A DNA stretch of 38,737 nucleotides from a virus. Lineage: Duplodnaviria; Caudoviricetes. The position numbers and the translations under genes were made by a program. Shown here in pieces: positions 33,211 through 38,737 of the stretch; position 1 is the stretch's first letter, and every line of letters starts with the position of its first letter. Under the pieces are notes generated by a model. It saw only the letters and a list, made by a program, of their open reading frames with translations, did no database searches and had not been told where the DNA came from. The DNA is taken from positions 1-38,737 of IMG/VR virus record IMGVR_UViG_3300025502_000062. The stretch is one strand, 5' to 3'.

Positions 33211-33458
33211 GGGTATAACCGCCCTTCGGTTCTTTCTGAGGCGCCAAAAATAACATCGAATAATTCCTTACTCACTATTACCGTGTTTGCGGGCATGTGA
33301 TCTGATTTCATAATCCGTAACCCTGACGAACCCATAATAACGTTTACGCCATCTGGGGCACGTTTTGGAGATAGCGCCTTTAGGATTGCGTGCGCCTCTT
33401 TAAGCTGTTCTATTCCTATGCTATCTTCTTTAGTCATAACGTTTACACTCGCTTTCAT
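33207..33458 (-). CDS. Hypothetical protein (83 aa)
   Basis: ATGA-coupled to the polymerase. Confidence 0.7.
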   Translation of the reverse strand: MKASVNVMTKEDSIGIEQLKEAHAILKALSPKRAPDGVNVIMGSSGLRIMKSDHMPANTVIVSKELFDVIFGASERTEGRLYP

Positions 33459-33472
33459 TATTGGTTAGGGCA

Positions 33473-33496
33473 GAACGGCCCAATTAAGGGCCGTTC
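33473..33496. other. Perfect 9-bp hairpin downstream of the SSB-like gene
   Basis: GAACGGCCC-AATTAA-GGGCCGTTC; no U-tract on either strand. Confidence 0.6.
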
Positions 33497-33523
33497 AGGT
33501 AGTGCATTTTTAGCTGGTTCAGA

Positions 33524-34294
33524 CTAGCCGGAATTTCTTGTGCGCCGTGTTCGCTTACGTGGCGCTGGGTTTTTTGACTCTTCCGGCACTTCTTCTTCTT
33601 CCTGCTCGGGCTCTGGTTCAGGCTCAACTTTTTTCTTAGCCGCACGTTTAGGCTTTTCAACCTTTTTAGGCTCGTGCACTTCTTCTTCGTTTTCGTCCTC
33701 AGCAGTAGGCATACCCACCCACTCATCGATAGTTAATACCGGTGTATAGATAGTGCCGTACTTTTTGATTTTATGCTTGTAAGAGTCATTGTCTAAAACA
33801 ATGATCGGGCACAAATCAGGATTGCCAGCTTTGCCGCGTGCGATAATTTCAGACAGTAAAAGAGAAATAGCTTTCAAACCGCCAAGACATGACGTTTTGT
33901 ATAGCAGTTGGGTGCCTTCTTCTTCGCCTTCTAGGCCTTTAAGCGCAAACGCTTTCTGAGCTTTCCAGTTCACAGGGTCGCCCTCACTATCAACATTGAC
34001 GGGTAACGCCGGCAAGTCAGCCAGCAACACAGGAGGTTTGCCAGCGTTCGCCATGAACTCGCCTAGCAACTCGCCATCGGCCCATGCAACGTAGCCTTGA
34101 GCGTAACTAGAAGGGTCGACAACAAAAGCCGAATCGTTACTGACTTCGGTATCTTCCGCACCGAAAAGCCAGTTACCGCCTTTGGACATTTTGAGATAAA
34201 GAAAATCGCCACCGCCTGTATCGGGTGACGCCTGTTCAGCAGCAACCAAATTGGTTAATAGGTCTTGCAATACTGCGGGTAAATTGTTGGACAT
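33524..34294 (-). CDS. Putative ssDNA-binding / annealing protein
   Basis: Sits between exonuclease and polymerase as SSB does in APSE-like modules; beta-rich aromatic core; charged disordered tail; own promoter. Confidence 0.6.
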   Translation of the reverse strand: MSNNLPAVLQDLLTNLVAAEQASPDTGGGDFLYLKMSKGGNWLFGAEDTEVSNDSAFVVDPSSYAQGYVAWADGELLGEFMANAGKPPVLLADLPALPVNVDSEGDPVNWKAQKAFALKGLEGEEEGTQLLYKTSCLGGLKAISLLLSEIIARGKAGNPDLCPIIVLDNDSYKHKIKKYGTIYTPVLTIDEWVGMPTAEDENEEEVHEPKKVEKPKRAAKKKVEPEPEPEQEEEEVPEESKNPAPRKRTRRTRNSG

Positions 34295-34363
34295 ATTATT
34301 TATTTCCGTGGTTAAGTTAGTTAAAGTTTGCCGGCTAAATTAGGAGGCTAGCCGACTGAGCCT

Positions 34364-34392
34364 AATATACTGTATACAAAAAGCTAGTTCAA
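34364..34392 (-). promoter_or_regulatory. Sigma70-type promoter for the SSB-polymerase-primase operon
   Basis: Minus strand TTGAAC-N17-TATATT. Confidence 0.65.
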
Positions 34393-34395
34393 GTG

Positions 34396-34593
34396 TTATA
34401 TGGTTTTACCTTCGAGTACCCCTTTACACTTACCCCCATAAGGCGAGGACATACCGCAAGTAACATTTACTTCCTCACCACCCCATGATTTTCTACCGCA
34501 CCAGCTGCACTGGATATAGCTTGCGTCCTCTCTTAAATGGGCCGGTAGTTTTTGCTCTAACGTTTTTGTACCTTTTGTGAGCTCACTCATCAC
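34396..34593 (-). CDS. Small zinc-ribbon-like protein
   Basis: CSWC plus two further Cys; overlaps exonuclease end. Confidence 0.6.
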   Translation of the reverse strand: MMSELTKGTKTLEQKLPAHLREDASYIQCSWCGRKSWGGEEVNVTCGMSSPYGGKCKGVLEGKTI

Positions 34594-35764
34594 TCGCCCC
34601 CAACATGTCGTTCAACTGCTCAAGCCCAGCGATAGGAATAATAGCACTCCGCTTGTCTGACTCTAACGCCATGGTCGTGCCGCTTGACACTTTAGATTGC
34701 ATGGGGCCGTAAGTTTTATCGAAGTCGATGCCTAAAGTTTTACAGACCTTTTCAATCTGCGCCGGTGACTTCAATTTAGTGGTGAAGCCCTCAGACAGTT
34801 TGATTTTCTTGGCCTTGCGCACTTTATCTTCAACCGCTGCCTCATTGTTCCAGACTCGGCTAGCACGTTTAGCCACCAACTTATAGCCGGCAATAGGCGT
34901 GCCTAGTTCAAGCTGTTCGTGCGCCATTTTCTCAACCGCCTCGGCCCACTCAACAACTTCTTTGGCAATTGGCAAATACTCGGCCAGCTTGTCTGCAGTC
35001 AACTCGTTTATACGTGTCGCCTTCAACGCCTGCCCAGTTTTGACCGGACAAATAGCCTCGGCTGGGCAGTATTTACAAGACGGGCCAGAGACCGCCATCG
35101 CCTCGGGGTCTTCTGTCTTGTCCACCGCGTTCAAATACTCAGTTTCAAAGGCGTCAATTTGTGCCATGTCAATTTCCCATGTCTGCAAGTCGTCGCCCTC
35201 ATTGTTCGGCTGGATAATCGCGATCACTATGGTCTCGACTTCTTCGAACCATGCAGCGGTTGAGGAGTCAGTGGCAGCAGCTAGGACGTAAAATTGGCCT
35301 TGCTTGTTATGCTCCACTTCTACCCCGTGGAAACCAAACTTATAATCAAGCACAACGACAGTTTTGCGGTCAACACTAATGCCGATCAGATCGATTGACC
35401 CGCCCATGTCAGCGTCAATTTTAACGAAGGGTTCAACTTTCCAATCGTCTATGTCGTACTTTTCGAATAGCGCCTCGACGGCTTCTATTGCGGGGTCAAG
35501 TTTGGCGGATATTAACTCGGGAGTTAATATTTCGTCATTGTACTCGGCTACTTTCGACCCTAGTAGTTCTTCTGATGGTAAGTCTTCGTCATACGCAAGC
35601 CCATAAAGGTGTTCCATGCAGTTGTGCAACATAGTGCCCTCATCAGCCGCAGGGTTACTGCCACCATCGCGGGCGGGCGGCACCTCTTGAGACAGGCGTG
35701 GCCATGCTGGACACTGGATAGTTCGCGCTGCGGTTGACCCGCCGTATTTTAAATGTATTGCCAT
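34583..35764 (-). CDS. Cas4-like PD-(D/E)xK exonuclease (DUF2800-type)
   Basis: CPAW, ADEGTMLH, GSID, LDYKFG, QGQFY, CKYCPAEAICP. Confidence 0.9.
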   Translation of the reverse strand: MAIHLKYGGSTAARTIQCPAWPRLSQEVPPARDGGSNPAADEGTMLHNCMEHLYGLAYDEDLPSEELLGSKVAEYNDEILTPELISAKLDPAIEAVEALFEKYDIDDWKVEPFVKIDADMGGSIDLIGISVDRKTVVVLDYKFGFHGVEVEHNKQGQFYVLAAATDSSTAAWFEEVETIVIAIIQPNNEGDDLQTWEIDMAQIDAFETEYLNAVDKTEDPEAMAVSGPSCKYCPAEAICPVKTGQALKATRINELTADKLAEYLPIAKEVVEWAEAVEKMAHEQLELGTPIAGYKLVAKRASRVWNNEAAVEDKVRKAKKIKLSEGFTTKLKSPAQIEKVCKTLGIDFDKTYGPMQSKVSSGTTMALESDKRSAIIPIAGLEQLNDMLGASDE

Positions 35765-35769
35765 GTCTT

Positions 35770-36033
35770 CTAATCCTCAGTTTGGGTTAAAGTGATTGAC
35801 TCGCCAGCGCCCAACAACCTAACTTCGAAATCTGGGGCGTGTGCCCAACACATATCAGGTTCGGGTTTTGACAAGTTCATTATTTCTACTCTGTTCACGT
35901 TTTGGGTTCGCATAATTAGTGCCCCGTTATCATCCCCCATTCCGCCAGCAATAACGCCTATCTGTAAAGGCTTTAAATCCCTAGCCCTTACTTTTTTAGC
36001 TAAAGGCTCTTTGTTTATTTCTACTTTTAACAT
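35770..36033 (-). CDS. Hypothetical protein (87 aa)
   Basis: CCAACCAAGAG leader; in operon. Confidence 0.7.
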   Translation of the reverse strand: MLKVEINKEPLAKKVRARDLKPLQIGVIAGGMGDDNGALIMRTQNVNRVEIMNLSKPEPDMCWAHAPDFEVRLLGAGESITLTQTED

Positions 36034-36060
36034 AATTTTTCTCTTGGTTGGTTTTAAGGG

Positions 36061-36324
36061 TTATCTGTTTTCTTCGGCTCGTACTTCGCGGCATAAAGCT
36101 TCCGCACGTTGGCACACTCTTTCGGCAGTGAAACCGTCCACACCTGAGTTTTCGACAGCGGCTATTACCGCGGACAGAAAACACGTGTGGTTTTTACTTT
36201 CGGATTGTAATCTGTTAATCCGGTGCTGCATTTTACGCACTTTCTTAGCAGTTACTATCGACTGGTAATACATGGCCGCTAGGCCGGCTATACTGATAAG
36301 AGCTAGTAATTCTTCGTTTGTCAT
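36061..36324 (-). CDS. Hypothetical protein with N-terminal TM helix (87 aa)
   Basis: CCAACCAAGGA leader; hydrophobic N-terminus. Confidence 0.7.
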   Translation of the reverse strand: MTNEELLALISIAGLAAMYYQSIVTAKKVRKMQHRINRLQSESKNHTCFLSAVIAAVENSGVDGFTAERVCQRAEALCREVRAEENR

Positions 36325-36350
36325 TTTGGTTCCTTGGTTGGAGGAAAAGT

Positions 36351-36482
36351 TTAACGGCGGTTTAGTTTTCTTTCTATTTTATCTGCCTTACGGCACGCGG
36401 CCCTAGACAGTATCGTTGATACCCTGTCTGCGGGATAAAATTTTCCTTTTATAGTGGCCCCGCCTTTTCTGTTACAAAACAT
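36351..36482 (-). CDS. Small basic protein (43 aa, MFCNRKGGAT...KLNRR), not in the ORF track
   Basis: Hand translation; GGAG RBS; fills intergenic gap. Confidence 0.6.
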   Translation of the reverse strand: MFCNRKGGATIKGKFYPADRVSTILSRAACRKADKIERKLNRR

Positions 36483-36509
36483 AGTGTTCTCCGGTGTGGT
36501 TTTAAGGGC

Positions 36510-36794
36510 TTAACGGCGGCCTTTTGCTTGGGCTCGCTGCTCGGTCAGCACGTCGCTAAATTCGCTCTCGTACTCTTTAAAGAAGTCGAACATGCCCGCG
36601 AGGATTTCGAACATACGCAAATTTCTATCGACGGCCATCTGGTGAATCTCGTCGTGTAAACGCTCCGGCAGGTTGCCGATAGTCTTGCGCCGGCTTTCAT
36701 CAATCGGGTACAGTTCGTTATAATTGCCCCGAATGTACGCTAACGAATCTTCTAGTGTCGGCAAATCAGGTTCGGCTTGGTTTTCGTCGGCCAT
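36510..36794 (-). CDS. Ribbon-helix-helix-like DNA-binding protein (start moved to ATG 36794)
   Basis: RRKTIGNLPERLHDEIHQMAVDRNLRMFEILAGMF fits the RHH strand-helix-helix pattern; AAGGA RBS. Confidence 0.55.
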   Translation of the reverse strand: MADENQAEPDLPTLEDSLAYIRGNYNELYPIDESRRKTIGNLPERLHDEIHQMAVDRNLRMFEILAGMFDFFKEYESEFSDVLTEQRAQAKGRR

Positions 36795-36808
36795 GTTTTT
36801 AAATTCCT

Positions 36809-36837
36809 TTGTCAAATGTTTAAAGAATGTATATACT
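36809..36837 (+). promoter_or_regulatory. Sigma70-type promoter for VRR-NUC and helicase
   Basis: TTGTCA-N17-TATACT. Confidence 0.65.
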
Positions 36838-36868
36838 ATATTCTCTTATCAACTAACACAAGAGATAT

Positions 36869-37189
36869 ATGGTGAAGACTGAAAAAGACCTGCAGAACTA
36901 CACCAAAAAGGAAGCCAGAAAACACGGGGTCGGCTACTATAAGCTGACTTGTGTTGGTCAGACTGGTTTCCCCGACGTGCTTCTTACTTGGCACGGCTGG
37001 TGCATCTTTATAGAACTCAAGTCACCCGCCGGCACAGGTCGGGTCCCCCCACGTCAAACTCACGTATTAGCTCAACTCTCTTATCAGGATATTGAAACTT
37101 ATGTCATCAGCCAACCAGAACAAATCGATGCTCTTATCGCCGGACTTATTCACCGAGAACCAAGGCCTATGCACCACGCGTTTATTTGA
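36869..37189 (+). CDS. VRR-NUC domain nuclease
   Basis: EKDLQ..GFPD..FIELKSP..G....Q. Confidence 0.9.
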   Translation: MVKTEKDLQNYTKKEARKHGVGYYKLTCVGQTGFPDVLLTWHGWCIFIELKSPAGTGRVPPRQTHVLAQLSYQDIETYVISQPEQIDALIAGLIHREPRPMHHAFI

Positions 37190-38468
37190 GACTGACGCCA
37201 CGCTAGTTGTGGCCGATATGGGTTTTGGCAAAACGGTCATCACTCTAACCGCTATTGCTGAACTGTTAGCCGAGGGGGTTATTACTAGGGTTCTAGTGCT
37301 GGCACCGCTTAAAGTTATCACTACGGCAGTTTGGCAAAAAGAAATTTGCAAGTGGGCGCATATCCACCATTTAAACATAGCTGCCGCAACTGGAACCCCC
37401 CAACAACGCGTAAACGCTATCCGGTCAGGTATTGAAATAGTGTTAATGAACTATGAAAATTTGCCTTGGTTCTGTGACCACTTCAAAGACTCGCATGGTT
37501 TTGATGGCATAGTTTTTGACGAGTTGACCAAACTTAAAAGCTCCGGCGGTAAAGGGTTTAAGAAACTGCGCCATCGGTTGAAGTCGTTTGTTTGGCGTGT
37601 CGGTTTATCTGGCACGCCGGTCAGTGAGGATTTCGAGGGCTTATACTCTATGGCCTTGGCACTTGATAGCGGTGAGCGTTTAGGCACCCGCAAAGATAAG
37701 TTTCTCACTAAATACTTTTACCCCACAGATTACGAGCAAAGAAATTGGGAACTACTCGACGGCTCCGGCGCTACTCTATTAAATGCCGTGTCTGACCTGC
37801 TCTACATCACTGATAATTCAGCGTACAAAAAAACCTTGCCCCCAATCACCCACCACACCGAGCTTGTGCAGTTGCCGGAAAAAGCGCGGAAAATTTACGC
37901 GACCATGAAACGTGACGCTATTGTTGGAGACATTGCAGCAGATAACGCGGCGGTTGTTGTGGGCAAACTATTGCAGATAGCCAGCGGTTTTCTGTACGGC
38001 GATGATGAACTTGGGATAGACACACAATGGGTTCATGACTCTAAAATATGGGCGCTGGAAAACCTTATTGCACGTGTAAACGCTCCGGTCATTGTTGCCT
38101 ATTGGTTCAAATACGACTTAGACGTTATTAAATACTTTTACCCGAGTGCTCGCGTGCTGGGTGGCAGTAACGACCAACAAACGATTGATGATTGGAACGC
38201 AGGCAAGATTGATATTTTACTGCTTCAACCACGTTCAGCCGGTCATGGTTTACAGTTACAGGGCGGTGGGTCTAACTTGATATGGTACGGGCCGCAGTGG
38301 TCGCGTGACTTAATGTTACAAACTGAGGCACGCATACACCGACAAGGCCAGAAAGATCCCGTGAACATCTATACTATTGTCGCTGAACACACTATCGATG
38401 TGGAAGTGATGGAACGAGTGGAAGGGAAGGGCGGTTATGCTGAATTGCTGGCCGCCCATCTAGGCTAA
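37128..38468 (+). CDS. SNF2-like superfamily 2 helicase (start ATG 37128; TTG 37092 possible)
   Basis: DMGFGKT, VFDE, LSGTP, SAGHGLQL, QTEARIHRQGQ. Confidence 0.92.
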   Translation: MLLSPDLFTENQGLCTTRLFETDATLVVADMGFGKTVITLTAIAELLAEGVITRVLVLAPLKVITTAVWQKEICKWAHIHHLNIAAATGTPQQRVNAIRSGIEIVLMNYENLPWFCDHFKDSHGFDGIVFDELTKLKSSGGKGFKKLRHRLKSFVWRVGLSGTPVSEDFEGLYSMALALDSGERLGTRKDKFLTKYFYPTDYEQRNWELLDGSGATLLNAVSDLLYITDNSAYKKTLPPITHHTELVQLPEKARKIYATMKRDAIVGDIAADNAAVVVGKLLQIASGFLYGDDELGIDTQWVHDSKIWALENLIARVNAPVIVAYWFKYDLDVIKYFYPSARVLGGSNDQQTIDDWNAGKIDILLLQPRSAGHGLQLQGGGSNLIWYGPQWSRDLMLQTEARIHRQGQKDPVNIYTIVAEHTIDVEVMERVEGKGGYAELLAAHLG

Positions 38469-38626
38469 AATGTTAATACAATTGTAAAGTCGAATAGTGC
38501 GGCGGTTACTGCGGCAATAAAGCCAAGTATTCCGCACGCGGCTATTCCTCCCAGAAACATGTTTACACGCGCTACCTCAGTGATCACTTTTCTCTGGTCT
38601 TCCGTCCATTTAATTTTACTTTTCAT
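38465..38626 (-). CDS. Small membrane protein (53 aa, MKSKIKWTED...IVLTF), last early gene across the contig join
   Basis: Hand translation; GAGG RBS; ATGA overlap; hydrophobic C-terminal half. Confidence 0.65.
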   Translation of the reverse strand: MKSKIKWTEDQRKVITEVARVNMFLGGIAACGILGFIAAVTAALFDFTIVLTF

Positions 38627-38737
38627 TGTGGCACCTCTATTTTAGCTGTGGCACTGTCGCGGTCGCGGTCGCGGTCTATACAAAGGCGAGTGACCTTAGC
38701 GTTAAACCGGTCATGGTGCATAGTGGGTATTGCTTTC
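38612..38737 (+). repeat. Terminal overlap, right copy
   Basis: Identical to 16-141. Confidence 0.95.

Larger units (their letters stand above)
1..38737. mobile_element. Complete or near-complete tailed bacteriophage genome (podovirus-like), circular assembly
   Basis: Packaging, head, short-tail/ejection, lysis and replication modules all present; contig ends overlap; no tape measure or tail tube/sheath recognised. Confidence 0.95.

Overview
The window is an apparently complete, circularly assembled ~38.6-kb podovirus-like dsDNA phage genome; positions 16-141 recur exactly at 38612-38737. Layout: (i) a leftward operon of small early genes (27-3099 and 38465-38626) including a SprT-like metalloprotease and a beta-clamp-like protein; (ii) a repeat-rich non-coding control region (3100-3945) with a sigma70 promoter, inverted repeats and a 7.4-copy 16-bp tandem array; (iii) a rightward late operon: putative terS, lysis genes, terL, portal, scaffold, major capsid, an accessory block of beta-helix and Ig-like (DUF5011-type) proteins, adaptor, nozzle, GNAT, ejection proteins and tail fibre; (iv) a leftward APSE-like replication module (Cas4-like exonuclease, SSB-like protein, family A polymerase, RepB-type primase-helicase) followed by a 2OG-Fe(II) oxygenase and a dATP/dGTP diphosphohydrolase; (v) VRR-NUC and a SNF2-like helicase, divergent from an RHH-like regulator. 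I recognised no integrase, tRNA, CRISPR array or reverse transcriptase. The top candidate for an undescribed system lies upstream of the primase-helicase: a 12-codon leader peptide coupled to its start codon, overlapped by a predicted ~90-nt counter-transcribed RNA with its own promoter and terminator, resembling plasmid CopA/tap/repA replication control. All family assignments come from motif recognition by eye, not database searches.
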